Below, in pieces: positions 39,052 through 52,500 of a stretch of 64,000 nt of DNA. Under the pieces are notes generated by a model, which made no database searches, had not been told where the DNA came from, and worked only from the letters and a program-made list of their open reading frames with translations. The stretch is taken from NCBI RefSeq assembly GCF_964355755.1, contig NC_092677.1, forward strand, positions 952,101 to 1,016,100, written 5' to 3'. This stretch comes from Antedon mediterranea. Taxonomy: Eukaryota; Animalia; Echinodermata. The position numbers were made by a program, and so were the translations under genes. How positions within the stretch are numbered: position 1 is the first letter of the stretch; each line of letters starts with the position of its first letter.

Positions 39052-39180
39052 ACATACATGGATTATGTAGGAGAAAGTGGTGGAGAAAACCAAACATATC
39101 AAGACTTACAACACAGAGTAGAAGAGTCAGCTTATGTTAATGTTAAGGCTGGGAATAAGAATAAGAAAGGGAAAGTGTGA
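39052..39180 (+). CDS. Ig receptor gene 1, last exon with tyrosine motifs
   Basis: gacag|TYMDYVGESGGENQTYQDLQHRVEESAYVNVKAGNKNKKGKV-stop; strongly similar to 53673-53807. Confidence 0.85.
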   Translation, partial: TYMDYVGESGGENQTYQDLQHRVEESAYVNVKAGNKNKKGKV

Positions 39181-40730
39181 ACAAATTAATAATTTAAATA
39201 AAAAGCAAGGAAAAACATGCGTCATTAATGCTTGAAACAAGTACACGGTTTAAAGGAAGAGTATCGATCTACACCAAACAGGATGTGTACAGTTAAATAT
39301 AATTAGATTAGAGAGAAATTTAAGAAAATTGTGACTATATATTATCATTCAAACTTCGCTATAGGCCTACAACGTAAATATTTATCTATATATTTTATTC
39401 TAAGCCTGGCCTACTATCTTTTAATTACCAAACAATTTAAACTAACACCAATATAGTTTAATTTGAGCAGACCAACGGTAATTTTATCTGAATGTGTGTA
39501 ATAATTTATTAAGTTTACATTTACAGGCCTGTATATTGTTAGCAGATTAATAAATATCTTAACACTTTTTATTCTACGATTGAGCTGAATTTCGATTTCC
39601 ATCGTGTTAAGTTGAGGTCTATTTTCATGTAGTAGTGAATGCCCATGACAACCCCTTACTGACCCTCTGATGTTTCCAGTTTTTTAGTTTAGTAATTATA
39701 TAAACTTATATTGGCATTACAACATTGTATACGATTAACGAATTAAAAAAGGAATATCTCTATATACAGCATTTATAATATTTTTGTCATAGTTTTGCGA
39801 TGGTTTAAAATACATATACATGACATCTAATTTACAAAAAGGCTGACTACCTTAAAAAGAATTTCAATTATGCTCTTTTAAAACTAAGAAAACTAATTAA
39901 AATATCATATTTGTGCTTTGTAATCATGGTGCAATGAGTTTCCATTGCCATTTTGTATCAGGTATGGTAGAACATTACGTTAATCCGTCACTATTTCACA
40001 AATGGTGGCGTCAACAAAAGCGTGAAAAAGAGGCTCAAACAACATTTTCTGCTAACATCCCGATTAACCAGCAGTTATTAATACGTACTAGTGTCAATAA
40101 CTGAAGTCGACAACCAAAACATTATAGACTACTTAGATATGTACTACAAATAATGTATTGTACTTAGTAGGATATTAACTTACTATTAGGAATTAGGCCT
40201 ACGCCACCGTTGATCTCATTCTCATCGCTTTTTCTGATGACTCCAAATTTAATTGTTCGTGAACCATACGTGATGTTAATCAAGCAAATTCGCTTTAGAT
40301 AAAGAATAAACAAATAAAAAATTGAGTACAGTTGATTCAATTTAAATAGAACATTAGTTTTACTCATGACTATAATAACTCGCGATTACGATGTTTCACA
40401 GTACCTTTCTATTGCATTCACGTTTCGTTTTTCATTAATAATAGTGGGTAGCGCTTTAGCAGTCATACAAACAGTAAGGTTTATATTTTTGTTGGATTTC
40501 GTGTTAGATTACACATTGCATCAAACTGCTTTTATAATTAGATTATTAATTATAATTGATTCAAGCACAGACTTTATGATACAATTCAGTAGAGGCCAAT
40601 AGTTTGATCATTTAAGGCGGGATTCTGAAGGTACTGATTACTATCCGTTATATATTTAAGGTTTTTTATTAGTATTTGTCGAATTATTCGAATACACAAA
40701 TTATAATTACAATTATGTCAATTGTAACCT

Positions 40731-43298
40731 TACTCTAGTAGCTAGATCAACTTTCGTATGCACTTTGAGGTCCAGAGAATTTGACTTCAGAAATTGGTTT
40801 AGGATGGTCAAACAATCATTATTGGCTTGGTTACACATTTTGAAAATGTGGCGAAAGGTCAAAAGGTCAGGGTGAAAGGTTATCAAACTAAACACCAATA
40901 AGTCCTTAAATCTCGACAACCACTGGTTAAAGCGAGGTAATTTTGGTCTCAAACTGATCAGAAGGTATACATTTATATTCAGTCTAATGGGACATTTTAG
41001 TCAAAAATGACCAGAAATACCATTTCTGACCTTTGACCCACACCTCAGAGCATGTATGTATCTCCGTAACTACTGATTGTAGACACTTGAATTTGGTCTT
41101 AAATTGTTTGAAATAAACATTTTGTTATTTGTTGCACATTTTTAAAAATGTTACAAAAGGTCAAAGGGTCAGGGTAAAGGGTTATATGAACAAATATAAA
41201 TAGATAGTTGTATCTCGGCAACCACTCGTCACAGCAAGTCAATTTTAGTCTCAAAATGTTCAGAAGGCATGCTTTCATATTCAATCTAATGGGACATTTT
41301 AGTAAAATTTAGTCAGAAATGCCATTTCTGACCTTTGACCCACATATCATGGCATCTTCATATCTCTGTAAGTACTGATCGTAGAAACTTAAATTTGGTA
41401 TCAAATTGTTCGAAATATACATATTTACATTCATTTTAATACTGTAGAACATGTGATTAAAAGATGAACAGAAATACTATTACTAATGTTTCAAACAAAA
41501 AACAAATCTCTACATAACTTATCCAGTAATGTTATGCCATAACTGATACTTTAAATTCTGTACCTTTTTCTAGTGGTATTGATAATAAATCTCCAGAAAC
41601 ATATATTGTTTTATTATCTACACTGGGAACAGACGTGTATAATATACACCGACAAAACTTCATATTATGTACCGGTATAAGTTTTGTCGGTAACATTAAA
41701 AAATATTATGCAACAGTGTTACGGAATAAAGACAATGAATTGGTCTATTATAGTTGTCTCTGATACCTTTTATTACATGATTGTACTTGCACCAGGATAG
41801 AATGAGGTTTAATCCAGTTATTATTCTTATTATATTAATTAATTTTTTTTTAATCTGGGGTGTATTTATTTGATTATACATGTTACCATTATTACACCCA
41901 AACAAAATAAACGCCTTCTTTGAATGGATGCCCGGGCCTTTTATTCGGCTATGGTAAGTTACTTCTAGCATTCTTAACTGTTGAGCTCGAGTATTAATTC
42001 GAATTAAAACCCGCTTTGAATAAAAGCCTCCCTCAAATAAACGCCACCATTCCCTCCAATAGAACATCATGTGGAATAAACGCTCCGCCACATGCATTTA
42101 CAAAATAATTGTATTACAACACATTTCATTAACTACCATAATCTACAATTTAACAAGCATTTTGACATAATTTTATTAACTACAATAATCTACAATTTAC
42201 CAAGCATTTTTTTCACTTTTTGATATTAATTGTGCTGTATTTTTTTTACATCTAGGTGGTATTTATTTCATTATACATGTTACCATATTATACTCCAAAT
42301 AAAGATGCCTCCCCTCCCCCTAAAAACCCTTTTGAACAATAAATGCCCGGGGTGTTTAATCGGATACACATGGCAAGTTACTTCTAGCATTCTGAAAAGA
42401 ACTGTTGAGCTTGACGTTTATATCAAAATTGTTGTCGTGGACAGCAATAACTAGTACTTGAAATTGAAACAATTTAAAGTATCAGTTATTGCATAACTTT
42501 ACTGTCTAAGGATAAGTTGTGTAGAGATATGTTTTTTGTTTTAAACATTAGTAATAGTATTTTCTGTTCATCTTTTAACCACATTTTCTATTACAATGAA
42601 TGTAAATATGTATATTTCGAACAATTTGATACCAAATTTAAGTTTCTACGACCAGTACTTACAGAGATATGAAGATGCCCTGGTATGTGGGTCAAAGGTC
42701 AGAAATGGCATTTCTGATCATTTTGTACTAAGATGCCCCATTAGACGGAATATAAATGCATGCCTTTTGAACATTTTGAGACCAAAATTGACTTGCTGCA
42801 ACCAGTGGTTGCCGAGATACAAGTACCTCTATTTATTTTTCATATAACCCTTGACCTTGACCCTTTGACCTTTTGTAACATTTTTCAAAATGTGTAACAA
42901 ATAACAAAATATATATTTCGAACAATTTAAAACCAAATTCAAGTGTCTATGACCAGTAGTTACGGAGATAAATACATGCCCTGGGTTGTGGGTCAAAGGT
43001 CAGAAATGTCATTTCCGGTCATTTTTAACTAAAATGTCCCATTAGACTGAATATAAATGTATATCTTCTGATCATTTTGAGACCAAAATTACTTCGATGT
43101 GACCAGTGGTTGTTGAGATTTAAGGACATATTGGTGTTTGGTCTTATGACCTTTCACCCTGACCTTTTGACCTTTTGCCACGTTTTTAAAATGTGTAACC
43201 AAGCCAAAAATGATTGTTTGACCACCCTAAACCAATTTCTGAAATCAAATTCTCTGGACCTCAAAGTGCATACGAAAGTTGATCTAGCTACTAGAGTA
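40731..43298. mobile_element. Non-autonomous long-TIR element (~820-bp arms), Academ-like
   Basis: TACTCTAGTAGCTAGATCAAC...GTTGATCTAGCTACTAGAGTA; arms share tgacctttgacc and catttccggtcatttt motifs with 4037-7576; flanks cct/ctt (imperfect). Confidence 0.7.
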
Positions 43299-43554
43299 CT
43301 TGTGGTATCATGACAGTAGGAGGCCTATATTCCAATGTACGTAAATGGTGTTTACACTGAACGATAAGTACAAACTTTTAATTCAGTCCGTGTACACATT
43401 GTAATAGTTTTACTAAATGAAATATAATGTTTAGCTCCATGATGAGGATCTGTTTAAAGATGCTGTATGCTAAAATGAATAAAATTAACCACATTCTGTA
43501 TCGCAAATATGCTTAATCGGCTTTGTTAGTGTATGTGATTGCATTGGTATTTAA

Positions 43555-46500
43555 TCTATATATAAATTTACGTAAGGGCAAAATTCGGTAAATCGCGCGT
43601 TATTTCTAGAATGTTTACTTGATGGTATATAAAGTTGGTTCGTACTTTCGGTACTGATTTTAACCGCCTGATGTAACCCTGTTTACTAATTAAATTGAGT
43701 TCGATAATTAGTTATTGACGATTAAAACGAATTTAGGTTCAACGATTTGCCCCAAATAGGGGTGTTTTTCGATCGTGGTATACACTGTCTAATGGATGTC
43801 CGTCTTGAAAAATACCCGCAGACGATAATACGAGGATGCTTCGCATTTTCCTATCTCCTCCTACGATAATTGTTTTTAGTGGCTGAAAACCGGTTGAACA
43901 GCTCGAGTACAGCATCATAATGTTGAAGACAGGCCGATTTTCTTTAAAAAATACTATTTTGATAGATTTAATATACTTTTATACAAATGTATTGATTTGC
44001 GATGAATGGAACATTCCAATCTCTGTTCCACAATTGTCTATTCCCTCAGGCGTCGTAAAGGCAAGTACTGTATACTGATAACAGAAATTCGATCCATTTT
44101 TTTTTTCAATCTGTGCTGCAGAGGTTGGATATAAATTTTTTTTAAACGGATAAAGAGCTAGCGTTTTAACTCGCCGAATATTATGTATAAATCTTTATTA
44201 TTGCAGTTAAACCACCCACATCATCACCCTTCCCTCACTGGCATGAGTAGCGTTGTAAAACCAGTAGAGGATAGGCCTACGGTACATCACATGCCCTAAA
44301 CGCAGAACAACTTTGGTGGGTAGGGTAGGAACCAACTTAAGTATGAAACAATTGAAAACCATTAGGCCTACTAATTAAGTCGAGTTAGATAATTTAATAT
44401 TTATTGACGATTAAATCGAATTTATGATTTTCCCCGAATAGAGGTGGTTTTCACAAATTGTTTTACATTATATAAACATATACACGTCGTAGTGACGTAT
44501 CGTTACATGTACTATACTATTTCAATCGACTAGGACGGTGATAGTTTCAACAAAGTATTACATCGCAATGTTTTACTGTGTTTAGTGGTATATTATTTGT
44601 AAAACATGAAAACAATTAATATTTCGTTACTACATGGATAAACTAATTAAATTGAGTTCGATAATTAGTTATTTACGATTAAAACGAATTTAGGTTCAAC
44701 GATTTGCCCCAAATAGGGGTGTTTTTCGATCGCGGTATACACTGTCTAATGGATGTTCGTCTTGAAAAATACCCGCAGACAATAATACGAGGATGCTTCG
44801 CATTTTCCTATCTCCTCCTACGATAACTGTTTTTAATGGCTGAAAACCGGTTGAACAGCTCGAGTACAGCATCATAATGTTGAAGACAGGCCGATTTTTA
44901 AAAAAAAATACTATTTTGATAGATTTAATATACGTTTATACAAATGTATTGATTTGCGATGAATGGAACATTCCAATCTCTGTTCCACAAGTGTCTATTC
45001 CCTCAGGCGTCGTAAAGTCAAGTACTGTATACTCATAACAGAAATTCGATCCATTTTTTTTTCAACCAACCCAACCATTTCAATCTGTGCTGCAGAGGTT
45101 GGATATACATTTTTTTAAACAGATAATGAGCTAGCGCTTTCACTCGCCGTATATTATGTACACATCTTTATTATTGCAGTTAAACCACCCACATCACAAC
45201 CCTTCCCTCACTGGCATGAGTAGCGTTGTAAACCCAGTAGAGGATGGGCCTACGGTACATCACATGCCCTAACTAAACGCAGAACAACTTTGGAGGGTAG
45301 GGTAGGAACCAACTTAAGTATGAATTGGCTCTAAGAAACAATTGAAAACCATTATGCCTACTAATTAAGTTGAGTTAGATAATTTAATATTTATTGACCA
45401 TTAAATCGAATTTATGATTTTTCCCGAATAGAGGTGGTTTTCACAAATTGTTTAAAATTATATAAACATATACACGTCGTAGTGATGTATCGTTACATGT
45501 ACTATACTATTTCAATCGACGGTGATAGTTTCAACAAAGTATTAAATCGCAATGTTTTACTGTGTATAGTGGTATATTATTTATAATAATAATAATAATT
45601 TATTAGGAAATGACACCTTTGCATCGGTGGCACACACAGAAGTGGTGCATCCAATTTAACATAATACATCAAAACAATACATTATATGACGGATACAGGT
45701 TCCTAAACTGTTTGCAAAAATATAAAAGAAAAATCATTACCAACATGGTAATATAGGTACTGTATTAAATTGTCCTACAGTATCATAGGTTTGAGTTGAT
45801 AAAGAGGTATATCAAAATAAACATAAAATATAATAAAGAGTTTACATTACAAACCATTGTGTTTCAACATCAGGTACTGATGACCTATAGTTGTTATCAC
45901 AGGTGTATACTATTTACAAATCTAAATACAAATATATAAAAGCAACAATACAAAAGAAAAACAATCTATATATTGGGAGATTTAAGTTCTGACCGTTTCT
46001 CCCATGCAGCTCTTGTGTATTGTTTACAAAACAAATCAAAAAAGGTCTCAGATTCTTTACAAATCGCGATAGAATCTCCACCTAAAATATACTGTAATTT
46101 ATCATCAGCAGTTGCTGTTGTGTAACGATTCCATGTGTCATAATCATTACAGAGTACAAGATTATTTTGTAGATTGGATAATTCTTTCATTCTAATATTA
46201 TCAAATGCTTTACAGCTTAATAAAAAATGTTTAATGTCTTCGATTTCGCCATTCCCACATAAAGTACAAAGACCGGACACATCATTGGACCATTTATAAG
46301 TTTTACAATCTAAAGGTAGAGTGTTAGATCTTAATTTAAATTTCAGACTTGTCTCATAAAAATGTGTTTTATCAAGTAAATATTTTTCTAAATTAGGGAA
46401 AGGTTTCAATTTTGAGTATAAATTTAATGAGGTTTTTTGCATTATATTATTTGACCACTCTGATTTATATGATTCTGACAAACATCGCTCGACATTGCTA

Positions 46501-49500
46501 ACTGAGAAAGGAACAAGAGTTAAACTATCATTATCAAAAACATTGTTGTAAAAGCCTATATCTGTACATTTTTCAAATATGTCAACACAACTACTAAGAA
46601 ATTTATATTTTAAACGATCAAAGTCACATTTCAATTGTAGCATAGAATTAAGTACAATATTAGGCCACCTGTGGTCATCCATAGTTATAAAACGATTAAA
46701 TAATTTAACTCTGGACAGTTTGTGTAGAAACCCACCCAAGGTCACCATAGAGTGCCTCTTTTGGAGTATACCGTGGAGCTTTGAGAAGAAAGCGGGCCAT
46801 TTGCAATTGCACTTTCTCTAGGTCTTCGTTATCCTTCTTGGATTTATTATACCAAATGCTACAAGCATAATTTATTGAAGGAATTGCAATGGTTTTCCAC
46901 AGTATGTTTCCATAGTACACCCGGTTAAAGTCATCAAGGTTAGCTATGATACCTTTGATATAAGCTATAAGCCGGTTGCCCTTTTGGATAACATGTTCAT
47001 AATGTGAATGTTCACTCATGTTTGAGGAAATATAGACCCCTAAATATTTATAACTATTTACTTCTTTTATCGATTTTTCACCTAATTTCCACTCTTTATC
47101 TTTATTTATGCGTTTTCCAACAACCATGACATTTGATTTTTCATGATTAAAACCAAGTTTCCATTCTTTGGCGAATATATTGGCAATTTCTAACATTTCA
47201 GTCATTTCCCTTTCATTATTAGCAATCAATATAACATCATCAGCCCAGAAGAGCCCTCCCATCCAGACACCATTCATTCTTACCCCAAAGTTGCTTTCAC
47301 GAAGAAGTTTAACAAATTCATTAATAATATAGAAAATAAAATTGGTGAGAGTACACACCCTTGTTTTACTCCTTTGTGGATATTAAACTCATTAGTCATG
47401 CTTTCCCCCACTTTTACTTTTGCTTTAACATTGTCATATAGTGAGCTTATTATTTTCCAAATTTTCCCTCTAACTCCCGTATCCCAGGCACATTTTAGGA
47501 GACCATCACGCCATACACTATCAAATGCTTTTCGGAAGTCCAGGAAAGCTAGATGTGTAGTTTTACCTTCAATTGAACGACAAGATAAAATGCTTTTCAA
47601 TGTAAAGATGTGATCTTCACAACGGTGATAGGCTCTAAAGCCTCCCTGGACTTCCGAAAGTACATTTTCTTTTTCAACAAAGCAAGATATATACATTGAG
47701 ATTACTCTATTAAATATTTTGGAAACACAAGATGTTAATGAGATGCCTCTATAATTATTTAGGTCTTTACGATCTCCTTTTTTAAATATTGGTACAACGA
47801 TACTCATATTCCACTCACTTGGAATTGTTTCTAATTTGATAATTTTATTAAATAAGCAAACGAGTGATGCCGCTAAAGCGTCTCCACCATTTTTTAAAAG
47901 CTCATTGGTTATTCCATCAACTCCCGGAGCTTTATTATTTTTAGCGATTGCAAGTGCCTCAATGATTATATCAAGGTCTATATTAATGTCACATAGTAAA
48001 TTTTCGTCATCGTTATTATTACCTAATGTATTAGAACGCATCTCATCAACCGCCCGCTTCGTTAAATAAGTAAAACAATCATAATCGTTATTAGCCTTAC
48101 CTAAGTTCTCCCAATACTTTTTAACAAAATAAAGTATTTTTCCTTTATCACAAGTAGTTTCATCTGATTCTGGGATTTTTACACAATTAATGCCTGATTT
48201 ACTATGTTTGTCATTAGACCCTTTTAATATGTTCCAAAAGTCCCTACAGGATGGTCCTCCTTTATTAGCAATCTCTACCGATTTATTTACCCTAGTTTCA
48301 GTAATTTTCTTAGATATAACTTTTTTGGCATGTATCCTTTTTTCTTGATAATATTGCCACAGATTATCTGTGTGAGCACAATTGGGATCTAATTTAACTG
48401 AGCGTCTATGAGCACGAGCAGCCTCTCTTCGTTCTGCTATTGCTTTTTGAACTTCATTATCAAACCAATGTTTACGTTTTTTACTTAATTTCTTAATACC
48501 AATACCATCCTTAGCTGAAGAAACAACAATAGATTTCCAGGATTCCCACAAGTTATCAACATTATTAAAGCCATCAGCATTCCAGTTGGAAAAGTTGTTT
48601 TCAATATTTTCTTGATACTTAATAAAATCCTGAATACCTGCAGTATTCCATACATGATTAGCATAAGAATGATGATTGACAGAAGTGATTAGGGTAGTAT
48701 CTAATTCTAACAAAAGGCTATTGTGATCACTTCCTGTGCCTAGCTTTCTGTCTTCATCAACAATGAACTTTACTACATTATTCAACATATTTTGAGAACA
48801 AAGTATGTAATCAATGGTGCTTTTCTGATTACCCTTGCACCAAGTAACCACCCCTTCACATAAAGGACTACAGTTTAAAATAAACATATTTGAATCATCC
48901 TTAAATTGTAGTAAGCGCTTACCATTACTATTAACCTGTGGATCACCATTAGCAATTTCATGACCAATTCTACCATTAAAGTCCCCCATTATCAGAATGA
49001 GAGGCTCATGATTTTCTGCATTATTTTCTAATTGGATAACTTCTGATAATAATTGATTAGTCAATTCATCTGATTTCTCACTGTCAACTCCATTAACAGG
49101 ATAATATACTACCGATATATACACTGGTGTGTTTGAATCAAAACACACTTTTACCCAAATTTGTAAAACATGAAAACAATTAATATTTCGTTACTAAATG
49201 GATAAAGAATATAATTTAAAAATTGTTCTTCTTTGCACCCATCCTCTTCCCCATCCCTCAACCCTAATGTTACATACAAAACACAAATTAAGTTTGTTTA
49301 AATTTGACTTAAACAATGTGTCTCAGTTTGTGACAAGTTTCTCTTTCGGAAGTAATTCCCAGGGTGCTAATTTTAGTTGAGTACATAAATCACAGTGTCT
49401 ATTTATTCGTTCCTGTAAATGACATGTATTATTGTCCTGCGGTACGTACATTTGAAATCGCCAGTTCTTTAACGCTGAAATTATTATGTATTCGAGAACC

Positions 49501-49552
49501 ATCTGTGGGCACGACCTAGATGGTACGCGAGCGAAGCGAGCGTACCATCTAG
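43555..49552 (+). mobile_element. Non-autonomous Helitron with internal ~950-bp tandem duplication and a LINE insertion
   Basis: A|TCTATATA start; tagatggtacgc...gcgtaccatCTAG|T end; ~43685-44640 repeated at ~44641-45582. Confidence 0.85.
45583..49160 (-). mobile_element. 5'-truncated LINE (APE endonuclease, RT, C-terminal CCHC) with (ATT)n tail, RTEX-like
   Basis: MGDFNGRIG, TIDYIL, SDH, KAPGVDGI, NYRGISL, DFRKAFD, QGCVLSP, WADD, YKYLG, CTLC..EDIKHFLLSC; two frameshifts; empty site visible at ~44595. Confidence 0.9.
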
Positions 49553-49597
49553 TAATTATAATTATTTTAAAGATAAACTGTTTATTCCAGATTTGCA

Positions 49598-52500
49598 ATG
49601 GCAATATGCAGACTTACAATGATTTTCTTTATTATTCAATATGTGATTGTAAGTACAAAATACATTTTTCCCCATATAAAGATCCAACAACCAAATTTAT
49701 GTAGGCTACTAATATGTTATTATGTTTGATTATCAAATAACAAATAAAACTTTAAATATTGTTTGGACAATTCGTTATGGGACACACATTTTATAAAATA
49801 GCTGGATAGCTTATAGTATGTTGTAAACTTCAGTCAAGTGAAGATTTGATCCAATTTTTAAAATTTATAAATAAAAATGTGTACAATTAACAATTTCAAT
49901 TTTCAATATATTAACAATAATTTAAATGTTGTGTATTCTATTACAGTTATAAATAGTCAAACAGTATCAGTTACTGTACAAAATGCTACTGTTATATTAA
50001 ATGAAGATGCTGTTATCACATGTGATTACCCACTCAGTTCTACAAGAACACTGACTGCTTTCTGCTTTGTCACAATTCAAATGGAGATCAGTTAAACTTT
50101 CTTGTTACAGTGCTCTAACAAATCCAAATGGTAGATACATAGTTAATACCTCACAAAATGGTACAGCTACTCTCACCATTGCCAACACAGTGTTGTCTGA
50201 TGATGATGGATACTATCTATGTAATGTTCTTGATTCATTTGGTGAAAATGGTGAACATTTTGGAAAACTAAATGTTCAATGTAAGTATTTACTGTTACTC
50301 TCTAATGATTTTTAGCATTATGTTATAGATAACCTAATTTTGGAATTCATTTCATCTCTAATACTGTCTTACAGATATTGATGACGTTATTATTGATATC
50401 AATTCACCTACTAATCCCTTATTCACAATGACGTGTTCTGGAAATGGTAATCCTGTTCCTAAATTAAATCTGTATCACGACGAGACTACTATAGTAACTG
50501 GTACACTAACAATGCTAAGATACACACAAAGTAAAATAACGGAAGATGACAATGGAAACTAAATTGTATAGCTAGTAGTACCGCTGGACAAAAGGAAAGT
50601 GAATTGATAGAACTACAATACTGTTAGTAAACATGTTATTATTAATATCTTATCCAAGGTGAAACGTGCAGATGATCTAAACACTGCTTTTAAGTATCTG
50701 TGTATGAAGAAGCATTGCTGCCTTCGCATAGTTAGTAATTTTAATATTATACAAGTCCTCTTAGTTTGTTTACAAAAGAACCGTCATCACTCATGGAGGA
50801 AATATATAGATATCTATATATTTCCTCCATGCATCAAAGTTCTGAGAAAGGTCCTAAAACAAAAACAAATAGATCGATACTATACTGCTTGATGCATGAT
50901 GTATTCGTTATGATAAACTTTTTATCTTCTTTAGATAAACCTGTTTTTGATTCCCTTATGAATAAAACAGCCTCTTCTAAGAAAAGTTATTTTTGAGATT
51001 GAAAACCTATCATACAACCCCAATGACGTCATCTACAAATGGACAACTGATGACCAATAGCATTGGATCCACGATAGACTCTTCGACAGTCACAGTTCAA
51101 AGTAAGTTATGATGTTTGAATCATTGGCTTATATTGTTGTATTTTTAGAGATTTTTTTCCCCCATATTTTTATTGTAATACAAACATTATTAACTGTGTG
51201 CTATTGCTTTTGTACCGTCATAAAAAAAAATAAATAAAAAATAACGTAAAATGCAGGGCCCCAATGGAAACCAGTTTTTAACTGTTTGGGCTACCCTGGG
51301 TAAATAAATGTAAATAAATAAATAATAAATAAATATCATACATATTACTATCATACATATTAATCATAACGTTCTTTTAGTTCAATACCCGTACGCAAAT
51401 ACAGATGTATTTATAGTGATCAGAAACATAATATGATAGTGATTAAAGCGATTCATGGGTATTATTATTTTGAATCAAATATGCCTCATTTCTGAGTTAC
51501 CACACACTTTATCTAGTTTGTTGTTGGCTTATTGTATTTTTATGTTTGAGTCACAGCCGATCCACTTAAAGGGGGGTTCCGGGTTTAAAATGAATAGTAA
51601 AAAATGTAAAATATATTATTTGTTTGTCTCTTGAACGGTAAAAGTTTCAATTTATATAAGCGCCCAGTGAAGCAGAACGAAGGCTGTGAAATGAGGCCAG
51701 ATTACAAGTGCAGCTACGGCAAAATCACACTGTGGTTACAGAATTCGAAATTCGTGAAATGGTCAATCTTCCGACGACTCGTTATCAATAACCATATCAA
51801 TTACTTTTGTAAAATTATACTTATCTGATGTAATTTTAGTCGGTCTTCCCATTTATAAAATCAATTTTCTATGAAAATCCATCAAAACAGTGAAAAATTA
51901 GATAAGTTTGCACTTTACGTTTGCCGATTTTCGCACTGACTTAGGGAAAGCCTTCAAAATCAATGAAGCGTAACGTATACATTCCTGCTGAGCGAGGAGA
52001 GCGAGACGACGATACACGTGCTCTCTCTGCCCATGCCTGGCATCGTCACGTGATAAGCAGATACAGTATACAATACCAAACTGGTCGGGTCGAGTATACC
52101 CCGTCTATATCACAACATGAACGATGTACAGTATTTGATTGAAGGTCGACTCAACCTACCGGAATGGTATAGATAATATAGCTCGAATGAGAGAGTTGGA
52201 ATATTTGTAAACATAAGTACAGTATTGCTAATTTTAACAAGTGTAGCCTATAGTAAAAGGCCTGGTAGTATCAATTCGCATAGGGTCTACTACACTAGCT
52301 AGCTCAATTTTTAACTGGGCCGGATCGGCTAGGCTAGGCTAGGTCTCCTTCCTACTACCGGTCTACTTGCTTGATGCAGTATACGATTTTTTGGAGAGTA
52401 AACTAGGCCTACTTATTAGACCATACGTGCGGACGGCGATCGGACCTTGTTTTGCCTCAATATTTACAGCCGATTTTTGTAGAACGTTTTAGGTTTAGAT

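Noticed and set aside
39410-39640. Possible LINE RT remnant on the - strand
   Set aside because: Only a weak YIGV-like trace; too degraded to call
40366-40472. Hydrophobic ORF with a GTAAGG donor as leader exon of gene 2
   Set aside because: The donor is phase 0 while the V exon needs phase 1; 9.5 kb away with no other support
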